A DNA stretch of 61,028 bases, filler included, from Jimgerdemannia flammicorona (taxonomy: Eukaryota), in the NCBI GenBank assembly GCA_003990765.1. It is 3 parts of 3 records of this genome, joined end to end, with 100 filler letters (N's around TTAATTAATTAA, not from the genome) between each part and the next. Parts side by side here need not be neighbours in the genome. Positions count along the whole stretch, not along the records: positions 1 to 20,281 come from RBNJ01001717.1; 2 more parts are not named here. One strand, 5' to 3'. This document shows, in pieces, positions 1-13,519 of this stretch. Within the stretch, counting starts at the first letter, position 1; each line of letters opens with the position of its first letter. The notes beneath the pieces were generated by a model that was given only the letters and a program-made list of their open reading frames with translations, was not told where the DNA came from and made no database searches. The translations under genes and the position numbers were made by a program.

Positions 1-640
1 CCCCCCCTTTTTTTTTAGGCGAAACTTCACTGTAAAAATATCTATCAATTTCACTCCTGATTCCCTCATCCTGCGATATCATTGTCTGTCCAGGCGGTAT
101 ATCTGGCGCTCTTACCGCCTCCTTCTCGACGGGCAGCGGCTGCTGAACGACCGCGCGTCGGTGAGCCAGCTAGGGATTAAAAACGGGACGGTACTCAAGT
201 TCTCGCGGTTCGACGCAAGGAAGGAGAGGAAGAAGAGCAAGGGGCGATGATGTGGAGGGTGTATGTGTGTGTGTGTGTTAGGGCGTGGCTCCTGTAAGTC
301 ATGGCGGAATGAATGAGGATGATGGTGTCGTTTTGTATGTACCGATTACGTGACAATAACAGATTGCGTTCTAGTTTCTGTTTATGCACATGAGTTCGAA
401 ACGAACAAATTTGGAACTGACAGTTGAATTTAATAGTGTCATTTTTCGAGACAAAATTACAATAATATCCTCAAACAAGACACCCCCTGCTCTTTAGTAT
501 ACTCTATTATGTCGCGAAGATAGAATTTAAATACAATTGACATCTCCCGTACTGAGCTCGTGTTTGCAAGTCGGTGACGCCATCCTTTTTTTAAAAATAT
601 ATATATTCTCCATCCAACAATCCTTCACACCGAGGGCCAT

Positions 641-1562
641 CTACCCCAAGCTCCACATCGTGCTCAGCTCCTTGTAGGAGGTATACGCATCCGGCAGGCT
701 GCAGTCAGCAGCGCTGCCCTTGCTTTGGAGCTACGAAGGTACGGAAAAAAAAATGTAATGGAAGATGTAAGCGCGATGAACAAAACCAACAAGAACCAGG
801 CGAGAGTCCTTTTCCAAACAGTAAACCATATCAACAAATACAACAGAACCAAAAGAAGACACAATCCACCCACCCTAGGCATCATGAAGGTAGTTCCATC
901 CTTATTCGAATGGAACGCAGCGAGCTTCCCATACCCCTGCTTCGATACGACCCTATAATCGGTATAACTGAGCAGCCAATTCTCGATGACTGCGGCCGCG
1001 ACATCCCCGAGCATCTGATCCTCAGTCTTTTCCACCGGGTTCGTGATATTGATATACTTTGCAACCTGTGAAGGTTCGGTGTGGCCGATGGGGAGGCCAG
1101 TGACGAGAACGGAGGTGTTGGGGCCAAGGAACTTGGCGGCGCCTTCGGCGTCGTTGTTGAGGGAGACGACCTCGTCGCGGAGCTTGAGGGAGTCGGTGAT
1201 GAAGAAGTAGATGACACGCTTGTGCGTGGGCTTGCGGTAGGTGGCTGCGATCTGGTTGGCGCAGGTCAAGAAGTAAGAGTAGGTGTCTACCGTCAGGTTA
1301 TCGTCTTGAGGGTTCACGATTTGGTTGTCGCCTGTGCGGATCTGAGAACGGGCGGTCAAAGAGTAAGGACGGTTTGTGACCAAAGTGAGATAAGCCATTT
1401 GTTTCGTTTCAAAATATGAACACCCACACCATAAGTGTATACTTCTCTCCCCAGAACCCATCCAATAATAGTAATAATTCCTCGGCCTACCACCATCACC
1501 AACCTTCTCACAAAACTCATCTCCTTCTAACCACCGCCACCACCATTACCACCACCACCCCA

Positions 1563-1598
<36 letters not shown>

Positions 1599-1995
1599 CT
1601 CACTTGTATCCCGACAGTGAACACAGTATCCAGCTCGAACACATTCTTATACACGTCGATGAACTGGCGGGCGCCGAGGGTGGGGCGAAAGAGGAAGTCG
1701 GTCAGGCAGCCGAACGTGTTCTCCGGATTCAGGCCCATGCCGGTCAGCTTGGGGAGGTAGACGGTCGAGCGAGCAAAGGTGTGCAGGATGATGGCACGGT
1801 TCGAGACCACCCTGAGGAGCTGCCGTGGTAAGAGACGCGAGAAGGATGAAGTCGATGGCAAGGGATTGTTAGCTTCGCGTTTCGATAACTTTTAGATCGA
1901 AGCGAGTCCGCACCTAGTCCGCCTGTTCCTTATTTCCCCGTCTGCCACCCCCAAACCCCCCTTCCTTCCCATCTTCCTATCACCACCCTAATAAC

Positions 1996-2027
<32 letters not shown>

Positions 2028-3699
2028 TCACCCACCGTCTCATTCCACATAGTTTCCCACTGTGTCGTTGGTCCATCCTTAAAATAGATTTTATCCATGC
2101 CATCCAACTTTGCGTTGAGGGTAACGACATCCTTGTATGTGGTCTGAGGGCTCTTGTTGTCGAAGACAGCGTCAAAACCATCAGGATCGTAGCGCCAGTC
2201 GATGAAGGGACTGTCGAAGAGCCGTTGCAGTGGGAAGGGGTTGGTCGGCGACCAGTACGAGAAGTACGTGCGCTTCGTCAGGAGCGAGTAGAAAAAGGTC
2301 GAGATCATGCCTGTGGCGAGGGATTGAAGAGGAGTGGAGATGAACGGACGGCATAGTTATCACAACTCCTTCCCAAAATACACAAAAAAAAAAAAAAAAA
2401 AAAAAAAACTAGAAATGACCTACCACTCATCCGATCCGCCAATCCACCGCACCCACGATGGCCACTCTTCGCGACGTCGTTGCACATGTACACTGCGAAC
2501 TTGGCGCTATCCTCAAATTCCCCACGTTTCGTCTTCTCAAAACTCTCCAAACCCTGCCTATGTAGCTCGATATAGTCCTCCTGCCAATTCCCACACTCGC
2601 CCTCGGTATTATAAATATACCTATCCACCTTAGTCGCCTTCACCACCTGGTTCCACTGTTCACAATACGACTGCTGCTCGTCCGTAGGTAAAAGTGACAT
2701 GACCTCGAGCACGGACGAGTGAGCAGGCGGCGGCGCGTAGCTAGCGTCCTCTGGCTTTGGAATGACGAGCTTAAGCGGAAGAGTACAGACAAGCGGCTCA
2801 ACGAACTCCTCATATTCGTCGAGGGTCTCCTCCTGGGGGACGACTACGCCGTCATCCTCGGGGATGTTAGTCTCGAGGTCGTCCTCGGAGGGGTCCTTGG
2901 GCGACTCGTTGGTGGGGTTGTTATCCTCGAGGTCGTCCTCGGAGGGGTCCTCGGGCGACTCGTTGGTGGGGTTGTTGTCCTCGAGGTCGTCCTCGGAGGG
3001 GTCCTTGGGCGACTCGTTGGTGGGGTTGTCCTCGAGGTCGTCCTCAAGATCGTCCTCGGAGGGGCCCTTGGGCGACTCGTTGGTGAGGTCGTTGTCTTCG
3101 AGGTCGTCATCCAAGGTTTCGTTTTCGTTCTCGTCTGCGGCGGGGATATCGAGAAACTCGGTTGACGGGGGTTTTTTGTCCCCGGAGGTAGTGGGGGTGG
3201 GAGTTGGTTTGGTGGGGTTAGAGTGCGTGGGGCCGATGAAGTTGTCAGTATCGTCTATGGCGCCTTCTATAACGGGTTTTCGTGAGAGTGATGCTGAAGA
3301 AAGATATAAATAAATGAGATTAGAGAGGAAGTTGCTTCTGAATGAGGATTTTGTGTTCTCTTGAGCAAGTTTCCATGACACTGGTGATCAGTTCCAGTTT
3401 GATAAACAGCGTCCTCTAAAAAAGACGCCAGCGATGCGCATTCTGCCGAGGAGAAGGTCTCCTCCACCTATATCTTTTATCGCCTTCTGGAGCTCAAATC
3501 CTCTAATGTTATACTGCAAACTTTCCCACGGCCACAACTGAGATAGCCTACCTTCATCGGAGAAGAGGTAAGAAGTAATGACGACCACGAAGAAGGCAAA
3601 TCCAACGAAGGTGAGGATCTTGATAAGGCGGGGACCGGACAGAAAGCTGCCACCGGTTGAATTGAGAGGACGGTATCCTCTTACGGTTTCAAAGACCAT
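641..3699 (-). CDS. Putative type-II membrane glycosyltransferase, fucosyltransferase-like (GT23/GT37-type fold); 6 exons, ~688 aa
   Basis: Hand-spliced GT-AG exons 3699-3552, 3293-2424, 2310-2036, 1819-1604, 1341-874, 730-641 give one continuous frame. N-terminal TM (ILTFVGFAFFVVVITSYLF), acidic repeat stem, then GCGGLADRMSG, VGIQIRTGD, FFITDS and GYGKLAA motifs typical of GDP-fucose-binding fucosyltransferases. Confidence 0.75.
1563..1598. repeat. (AAT)n microsatellite in an intron of the glycosyltransferase gene
   Basis: About 12 perfect AAT units read directly. Confidence 0.95.
2872..3112 (-). repeat. Coding minisatellite, ~54-bp unit x ~4 (PTNESPKDPSEDDLEDNN)
   Basis: Repeated ctcgaggtcgtcctcggaggggtccttgggcgactcgttggtggggttg units inside exon 2. 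Confidence 0.95.
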
Positions 3700-5329
3700 G
3701 GCGGAATAACGAAGTGTCAAAGAGAAAATGATCCACTGACGGAATTTATACGGGATTGGTATTAAATTTACCCATGCTAACCTTATTGTCATGTTTCATC
3801 TTTAGGCCCCTCATCCTTCTCAACGTCCTTGTCCACATTAACCTCAAAATTCTTGTATACAGTTAATCATACAGCACACTGAATCCCAGGGAGGAGCGTC
3901 TGCTATACCATGCGGATAATATTTTCTTAATCTAAGTCAACAAGACGGCGCACCCGATGTATCAGAAGGAATCTCCTGCCCAGGTTTCACATTTATCGCC
4001 ATTGGCACCAGAAAATGAGTCTTATTGCGTTTGTGCATTCCGGTTAGCTTATTCGACACGTTCTAACAAAGATAAACATGACTACAGATAAAATCCTTGT
4101 GAATGCGAACAATAACCAAAAAAGATCGAAAAAAAAAAAAAAAAAACCCCCCCAAGTGATCTGCTGATGTCGTTTAATTTTATTCAACACAAACGCATAG
4201 AGAGATCGAAATGTAGGGGATGACAAACTGTCCCTATGTAGTGCCGTTTCGTTAGGATACAACAGAAATATCAGCAAAAACAATGAAGACAGTAATAAAT
4301 GTCGAAGCATCGAAGAAACGATGGGCCATTATACGTCCTCAGTGATAGATAAAATTAATAGAGCGAGTGCCGGTCATTTTCTTGCAAGATAAGACCAGGT
4401 TTCTGATAAATACCTTCTGTATCTTCATGAACTGACATGAAAGTAAGATATCTCCAGGACAACTCCTTGGAATGCGGGATGGCCCAGCCATTTCGCATGG
4501 TACCTAGGTGATTGACAAGAAGAGGGTTATCACAATTGAAGCTGAAAGAAGAGAAGGGAACTCCATGAAAAGAGAGAAAGACGCACTCTAACGAAATAGT
4601 TCCGAACACGGCATTAAAAGTGATGTCATTTTAGTGAAGTACATCATCTCCATTAAGGAGTCTAAATATAAGCCTCATGCGATGCGGACCTAGAGCTTTA
4701 GGTGGGAGGTACACTCGGTCTCACAAGTGCTCAGTCTACTTAGGTGGTTGCATTCGATACTCCCCCTATCTCCTCCGCGCCACTATAACAAAATAAATTT
4801 CATACCCGCCCTTACTACGTTTTCCAGCCACTAAACGCTCGGTTTCCGAAACGTGAGAGATTTGGCAATAAAAACAGGATGCATATTGGGTACACAGACA
4901 CAGAGATCGACCGACGCGACGCGACTTGAGGGTTTGGTTTGACACCTTAATAATGACATGTCACGTGATAAACATCAAAAAATCTTTTACGTCACCAAAA
5001 AAGAGACTATAATCCGACACCTAGTGGTCGTCGAGAATATTGAAATGAAATTTTCACTGTCTCGCAAGAGTTGAGGAGGTCAGAATTGCTGAACAACTTG
5101 GCGGATTGAGACGGTCAGAGCTCATTCGAGGTAGTCAAGCATGTATATAATGAGGGCAAGCCGTCCAGCGCTACAATACAAGTTCTTTTTGCTTACAAAC
5201 GGCTTGTAATCTAGTCATTAGATAACCTAGTTGTCCACTGCAATGCTTTCTTCTCAAGTTGCATTTCTAACCGAAATCCAGTCCAACATGTCCTATTTCT
5301 CCATTCTTCTAATACATCCCCTTCATTCA

Positions 5330-5372
5330 CCTATACCTACACCTATACCTACACCTACACCTACACCTACAC
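5330..5372. repeat. (ACCTAY)n hexamer microsatellite just downstream of the ETF-alpha stop
   Basis: acctatacctacacctatacctacacctacacctacacctacacc read directly. Confidence 0.9.
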
Positions 5373-5389
5373 CCTCGCACCCCCAAACT

Positions 5390-6999
<1,610 letters not shown>

Positions 7000-7701
7000 T
7001 TCGACTTGATTTGAGGGGGGATCGAGTCAAAGGAAGAGAACACGGTGGTGATCGGAGCTGGGCCATTTATCACATGACACTGGGACAATTCAAGATGGTG
7101 ATGTCATCTTCAGATCTCATCTAATGTTCATCCACCCAGCCAATGAGTGCAGTAATTGGCCAGGTGGAAATTCCGCTCGTAACTTTGGAGGATTCCACCA
7201 ATCCGCCGAATTGACAATCAAAAGGATCCAAATTCTCATAACATGAAAACGCTCATACGCGGTCATCGCATGGATTCTTTGGTCACAGCAATTTAGAACT
7301 ACTGAAACGGTTCTTCAAGAGTCGACGGAACAAATCATACCAGCATTGGAACCATACGCCCACAGGAATAATCAAACCCCAATCCAATCCATGCGCCCTC
7401 TGCGCCGATACACATTACACACCTTCTCATTCGCATCACATTCCAAACCAAAGAGTGCATGTTCCAACCCTCTATTTTCTGCGAACAAACGCGTCGAAAA
7501 TCCCAGCCATAATATTATCTACATTGATGAAGGATGGTGGGATCGACGAATCCGTCGTCGGGGAAGGGGAATGTTCTAAGGGATGCTACATCGCGGACTA
7601 GTTATCCTACTTTTTGTTTGTTTTTTAGGAGCAAATTCGATCAGGTCGGCCCAAAAGTGTTTGTTTTTCATAGGTAGAGTTGTTGCCTAAACGTGAACGT
7701 C

Positions 7702-8235
7702 TCACGCAGTCGCCTCTTTGAGGTAGGCGATGGTCTGCGGTTTAAGTTAGAGGAAAGCGGTGTCAGTAATTGAGCCAAACAGAAAGATCACCAATCTCAC
7801 TTCAATAAAACCGACCCAAGCCCAAACCAAAGAAACATAATATTTACGTCGGCACGCTCCTGGGGCTTCTTAAAGCCGGGAAAGGCCATCTTGGTGCCCG
7901 GGATGTACTTCTTGGGGTTCTCGAGGTAATCGAACAGGGTCTGTTCTTCCCAGATAATGCCCGCCTTTTGGTTTTGGGTGGTGTACGAGAAGCCAGAGAC
8001 CGTGCCGGACTTGCGGCCAAAGAGACCGTGGAGGTTGGGCCCAACCTTGTTGGCGCCGCCCTGCATTTTAGGGTGTCAAAAAAAAAAATACGTGTCAACT
8101 TTTGACGGCGTCGCGTCGAGAACTAAGGGGAAAAACTTGATTGAAGAAACTTACGGCCTCAACAGTGTGGCACAGGGCGCAGCGAGTCTTGAACAGCTTG
8201 GCACCGTTGGTAGCGTCACCGGCAGGGATACCCAT
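7702..8235 (-). CDS. CYC1: Cytochrome c; 3 exons, 108 aa
   Basis: Exons 8235-8155, 8060-7848, 7734-7702. Haem motif CALCH, then [12 protein letters not shown] and [16 protein letters not shown]. Confidence 0.98.
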
Positions 8236-9587
8236 AGTTGTGTTTTTAGGGAGGGAAAGGGGTGAAGAAAGGTAGGTTTGATCAAAAATTTCTTTAAAGA
8301 GGGCAGTTGTTGTCGTGATTGGGTGATTCCGAGCCATACAGAAGGCGTCCCGATTTTTCCCTAGCAGGACCGACGTCATAATCACTGCATCCATCTGGTC
8401 TTACATCCGATCAAATCATCGCATCGTGAAAGGGCATCCAATGCTTCCTTCTCGTCCTCCGTCTCTTCCCAGTCCCGAGATGCTGGAGCGCAACAAGCAG
8501 CCGACCCTGGAGGCGTACGTCAAGGCCCAATGTGTCGCTGGAGGGAACTAAAGGAGGAATCCGAGCGCATGGTCGCCGAGGATCAAGGGAAGGTAAGGGG
8601 TTGGAGTGCAGTGCAGGCATTCGTGGCGGAGGAGGATGGAGACGGTAACCTTGGGGTTTGCGTTATCGCGATTGGCGTCTGAAACATATCCAGTCTCGCA
8701 AACAATGGAATCCCCGCGCAATTGCACCCTTCACCTTCAGCATAGCAATCTGCAGTATACATACATGATACGTGCATTTGATAGATAGGATCCCGTCGCC
8801 CTGAAAATTCTTGGTCTTTTATCTCAAGTTTTACAATCATTTCTGTCTGATCGGGATATGGCATACCTTCGGCGATACATATATATTCCTCAAAACCGCA
8901 AACACGACAACCGTTCCCACCAGCCCATCCGACCCTAGCGCCCACGTGATATTTGACTTTACGTTGCGCTCAAGACCCGTGTACGTCTTGGTTATTTCAA
9001 TCCGCACGCAAACCGCCGGAGCTTCAAAGTTCCGCAATTCTCGTGTCAATTTTATTGAGGCTGACAGACATACCAGGTGAATGGGAAACAGAATATAATG
9101 TCCTTTTTCATGCGAGGCCGATTGAGCGAGGACGGATCTATGCCATAATTCGTTTGAACGGGTGAGGGATGTAAGGTGACAAAAAAAAAAAAAAAAAAAG
9201 GATTTGTGATGAAGGTACGAAATTTCTAGACATTATTTACGATTCCTGAAAACTATATAAAAATTTCCTTGATCATCCCATTGTCTTTGCTGGGGAGGGA
9301 GGGGTCCCACAGCATTTCCATCCTACCCCATCGTCCCGAAACATAATTGTACATGAAACCAACAAAAAAAGCCCTCCTAGCTAGACAATCCAAAAACAAA
9401 TAAAAACGAGGTGATTTGCGTCATAGTCCCTTTTTGGTTCTTAATCCTACCCACAGTCAGTACCCATCATCCGCCCGGCTTCTCTCGAGCTCGCCAGTGC
9501 TTGGCAGTGATAGACGCGATGCGGTGCGAAGGAGCGCATTCCTTCTTGCTTCTCTCCTCTCCATAGACCCACATGCGACTGCATGGC

Positions 9588-9906
9588 TCATGATTTCTTG
9601 GCCGAGGCAGCTTGCTGGAACCGTCTGTGGGGGTTGACGGGATAGTGAGCTCGTCGTTCGATGAAAGAAAAGCGTGACCTCCCCGACTGACAGACATCAA
9701 CCCTGGTGCGCAACGTACCTCTGGGAGATGAAGTATCTCTTCTGGCTCCCGTCCCTCATATCTGCACTTATCCACCACACGATGTCCTGGCTCCCGTGGC
9801 TGCCCCTCCTGTCCGACGCGGAAGACGCGGACGACGAAATGGGGGGGGGGGTGGTGCGCTCCAGGTAGGCCGAGTAGAATGACACGAGCTGCTTTATGAA
9901 GGACAT
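9588..9906 (-). CDS. Small orphan protein, 2 exons, 74 aa (hypothetical)
   Basis: ATG at 9906, donor AG|GTACGT after 9719, acceptor CACAG| at 9624, TGA at 9590-9588; the joined exons total 225 nt in frame. No recognisable family. Confidence 0.5.
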
Positions 9907-9924
9907 GGGTGCAAGGGGGTGGTG

Positions 9925-9968
9925 GACTCTGTGATTGTTGGTAGGAGACTCTGTGATTGTTGGTAGGA
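9925..9968. repeat. Perfect 22-bp tandem duplication in the putative 5' UTR of the small gene
   Basis: gactctgtgattgttggtagga x2. Confidence 0.9.
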
Positions 9969-10297
9969 GGGCAAGAGAGGGGAGGGAGAATGTCGGAAGG
10001 GATATTTTTCTGTTCGTGCGCGCAGGGATGATTGAGTCATCGGACGGGTCGGCACTTTGGTCATTTCGGTGATTTTGCGGGACGGACCCTAGTCACATGG
10101 CTTATCGACGGGGAAAAAAAATTCGCGGCTTTTATTGAGGTGGTCGATTTGCTCCATTGGGATATATTTCACGAAAAAGAAAAAGGGTCCCCCTAAATAT
10201 GTTGCACCCGTCAACCTTCTCCACGCCTCGGCTCGCAGCCCTGATCAGACCTGTTGCTCTTCGCCGACGTCCCTCACCAACTCAAACGTCGGACTCA

Positions 10298-10786
10298 TCA
10301 CCGGCCCGGGATCACCGGCACGTCCATCTGCTGCCCGGATTGAGGTTCGACATTGCGTTCCAAGGCCTTGGGCTTCTTACCACCAACCATCTGCACCAAC
10401 TCAAACGTCCGGCTCACCACCGGATCGGGCGTAAGCACGATCGACGGCACGTTTGTCTTCACCGCACTAACAACTCTCGTTCTCGTAGTCGCCTCAATCA
10501 AGTACCTCTCGACCGGTGGCTTTGGGAACGCTGGCTGCACACCACAGTAAACGCAGTACCACCTGCGGGGATTCAGGCGGCACGACTGAGCGCGGCTGCA
10601 GATGTAGTTGAGGCATGTGCGATGCGGGGAGGGGACGGTCTTGCTGGAGGGAGGGGGGCAGAAGGCGTCTTGGGTGGAGGGTTGGCCGGGAGGGAGGGCG
10701 TGGACCACGTAAGGTTGAGTGAGGAGGGCGAAAGCGAGGAGCAGCAAGAGAAGGAGGAGGTTGGTGACCGCGGATGGAGTTGGCAT
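10298..10786 (-). CDS. Putative small secreted cysteine-containing protein, 162 aa
   Basis: Intronless ORF with a hydrophobic signal-peptide-like N-terminus (LLLLLLLLAFALL...VHA|LP), 6 clustered Cys and a Pro/Thr/Val-rich tail. Confidence 0.6.
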   Translation of the reverse strand: MPTPSAVTNLLLLLLLLAFALLTQPYVVHALPPGQPSTQDAFCPPPSSKTVPSPHRTCLNYICSRAQSCRLNPRRWYCVYCGVQPAFPKPPVERYLIEATTRTRVVSAVKTNVPSIVLTPDPVVSRTFELVQMVGGKKPKALERNVEPQSGQQMDVPVIPGR

Positions 10787-11189
10787 GATTTCGCACCGGT
10801 GGAATGTCGTGAGACGACAGGAAATAAGAAGGTCGATTTTCTCTGGGGTGTATTTTCCGAGAAGTTGGAAGCACCGGATCGAGATTATTGGGTGCCCCCC
10901 CCCTCCCTTTGTTTTGGCATTCTCGTGAACTATGTATCAAGTCGGTCTGCCTCATCCCAACATCATCGTATGTTCACTTTCCGCTTTTCATTGAGTGCGA
11001 TATATTACACATGTAAAGCGCAGACCTCTCCGTCGAAAAAGATAAATCTCAACCATTCTAACCCCATATACACGCTTATAATTATGCTACCGCGACTCTG
11101 GTACATCGCTCCATCGGCAATCACTAACCATGCGATCATATCGTCGGGTATGATGGTATCACATCAATCGTCGAGAACGGACTCAAGTG

Positions 11190-11259
<70 letters not shown>
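11190..11259. repeat. Long poly(dA) tract (~70 nt); others at ~11995-12036 and ~13373-13417
   Basis: Read directly; homopolymer lengths may be inaccurate. Confidence 0.9.
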
Positions 11260-11261
<2 letters not shown>

Positions 11262-11994
11262 AGCGGTTTGCACACCGATGTGGAGATGAGAAGATCCAGA
11301 CAATGCCGGCTGCACTGACCGCCATCTCCACAAAATGGATGGCGAGGTAGTCTGTGCTTTAGAGAAATTTCGAGGATTCTGGCCCGTCATTATGAGCGCA
11401 ACCAGCATCGACACATGTATGTCTGGTTATCTGGTAACAATGGTCTCAGGGAATTATTGCCAGTCCAGCATCCTCTCCTACCAACGTTCGGATATCATGC
11501 AAATACAAATTGAATTAGATGGTAAATCGGTTCTCCCGACATTTTCCAGGATTGCCAGCTCCCTAACCTCTCTCATTCATGTACCAGTCCATCCCGCAAC
11601 TTGATAAGGACTCTTACCAACTCCGTATGTCGATGCTTCAGAACGTGAGCCCAATGGATTTTCGCTAGGAGTCCCGCTTTGCGCTATCCTCAGATGGATC
11701 GCGACTCGAATGTTGACAAGAAGAGCGGTGTCCCATCTGCCAGCGCGCCGGCGAATGCCCGCTCCTTGAGCATATTTAACCCTGCAGCATCTTGACCACC
11801 CAGTATGGAAAAGCAAATACCTTGAAGGCTCGGCCTAATCATGTTGCGTATCTGCGAAAAGTAAACGATGAGGTTTCGTCCATAGGACAGTTGCTCTAAA
11901 ATTTGAACAGCAAAAGCCTCGGAATGATACATTCAGCCTAGTTGGGGTGTTGATCTGACGCACCAGGTTACCTTGACACGGAAAACGTCACGCG

Positions 11995-12038
<44 letters not shown>

Positions 12039-12235
12039 AGATTATCCGCTATCCACACGAGGTGGCGATCCTGATTGTCACGTTTCTACGGGAAATGGCG
12101 TGACTGTCATATCGTAAATGCCCAAGCCCATATAAAAATAAAAATAAAAATAAAAAAAAGATCCCGCTGTGCTGTTTCCAATCCCTCTGTCTAAACCCGT
12201 GCCTAATACTCACCCTCAAGAGCTTTTCGAACATC

Positions 12236-13187
12236 ATGTCGACCGAACAAACCACAACATCAACAAAGCCCAAATGGACGATAGGGACGCTGATGAAGCT
12301 ATACGCAATCGACGCCGGCTCTGCGTTCGTCGCATCGTTCAGCGTAGCCCCGTTTATCTCCATCGTTGATCGGTATGTTGTTTTACACTGCTAAACTGGA
12401 ATGGCGAGCCATTGGTCATGTTCGGAATGGTGGCCCACATGAACGCCTCAAACTCACGTCGCAACCCCTCCCATTCAGTTCCATTGTCGAGAATACCAAC
12501 GGCAAAACCCCCTTAGTCAAAGGCCTCCTCCAAGGTCTTCGCCACTTCTTCACGCGACCGCACCACTTCATCGCGACCCCGCAGTTCCGGCTCGTCCTCA
12601 CGGTCTACTTCAGCACGTACCTGACGGCCAACACGATCATGACGACATGCGAGGGGTTAGAGCAAGACTCCGCGATGCCCAAGTTCCTCGGCACGACGCT
12701 GACAAACATGAGTCTATCCATATACAAAGATAGGGCCTTCACGCGGATATTCGGCACGACGGTGGCGCACAGCCTCCCCCTCGCGTCGTATGCGCTGTTC
12801 TGCTCTCGCGACGCCCTGACCGTGGCTGCGAGCTTCAACGCGCCGGAGCATGTGAGCGGGCACCTGCAGCGAGCGGGCATCGTGGGGAGCAAAGGGGTCG
12901 GGGATAGTGTGGCGCAGCTCGTATGTCCGGCCGCCGTGCAACTCCTATCCACGCCCATGCACTTATTAGGGCTGGATCTATACAACCGACCGGTCGTCAC
13001 GCCCTCGCAGAGGGTCGGGCTGATCAGGTTGGAGTATCTCAAGAGCGCGCTGGCAAGGATTGCGAGGATCGCGCCGGCGTTTGGAATTGGTGGGATTGGG
13101 AATGCGAAGTGCAGGAGTTTGAGGCAGACAGTGTTGAAGAGGGCGGAGGCGTTTGAGGAAAAAAAGATGGCTTTCCATAGGACCTAA
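12236..13187 (+). CDS. Conserved uncharacterised multi-pass membrane protein with divergent mitochondrial-carrier-like motifs; 2 exons, 281 aa
   Basis: Exons 12236-12372 and 12479-13187 (CG|GTATGT...TTCAG|T) are in frame. Motifs VAPFISIVDRSIVE, RDALTVAASF, STPMHLLGLDLYNR, RIAPAFGIGG. Confidence 0.8.
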
Positions 13188-13372
13188 TTATGTTTGGGGG
13201 TTGGTAACGCCTCACAAAATATAGACAGTAATAATTGGCAACATCAACACGTTCACCAGGCGCCAAATATATTATTTTGATGGCCATTGTATTTTACTAG
13301 AGTGTGTCAAACATATTATTCGCTCGGCGAGAGACAGCGAGAGACAACGAGTGAGAGAATAAAAAGAAAATG

Positions 13373-13419
<47 letters not shown>

Positions 13420-13519
13420 AAAATTCAATTAGTCAACTTGAACATCTGTCTAGACCAATTAAAATCTTTACTGAAAAAGAAAGTAACCCCCACTCTGCTC
13501 CCTAACCACTTGCACACAA

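Noticed and set aside
2872..3112. Repeat array as a possible CRISPR
   Set aside because: The units are contiguous without unique spacers, lie in frame within a eukaryotic exon, and there are no cas genes.
2719..3313. Plus-strand and alternate-frame repetitive ORFs
   Set aside because: Shadows of the GC-rich coding minisatellite in the glycosyltransferase.
4953..4968. Overlapping palindromes TGACATGTCA / TCACGTGA (E-box-like)
   Set aside because: A short motif with no clearly associated gene start, so it cannot be distinguished from chance.
8411..9165. Several short ORFs upstream of cytochrome c (similar ones at 4044-4609 and 11335-11932)
   Set aside because: No recognisable motifs, consistent splice structure or codon bias; treated as intergenic.
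10157..11263. 368-aa plus-strand ORF
   Set aside because: It is the antisense shadow of the secreted-protein gene running into a poly(A) tract (poly-Lys), with a non-ATG start and no coherent protein features.
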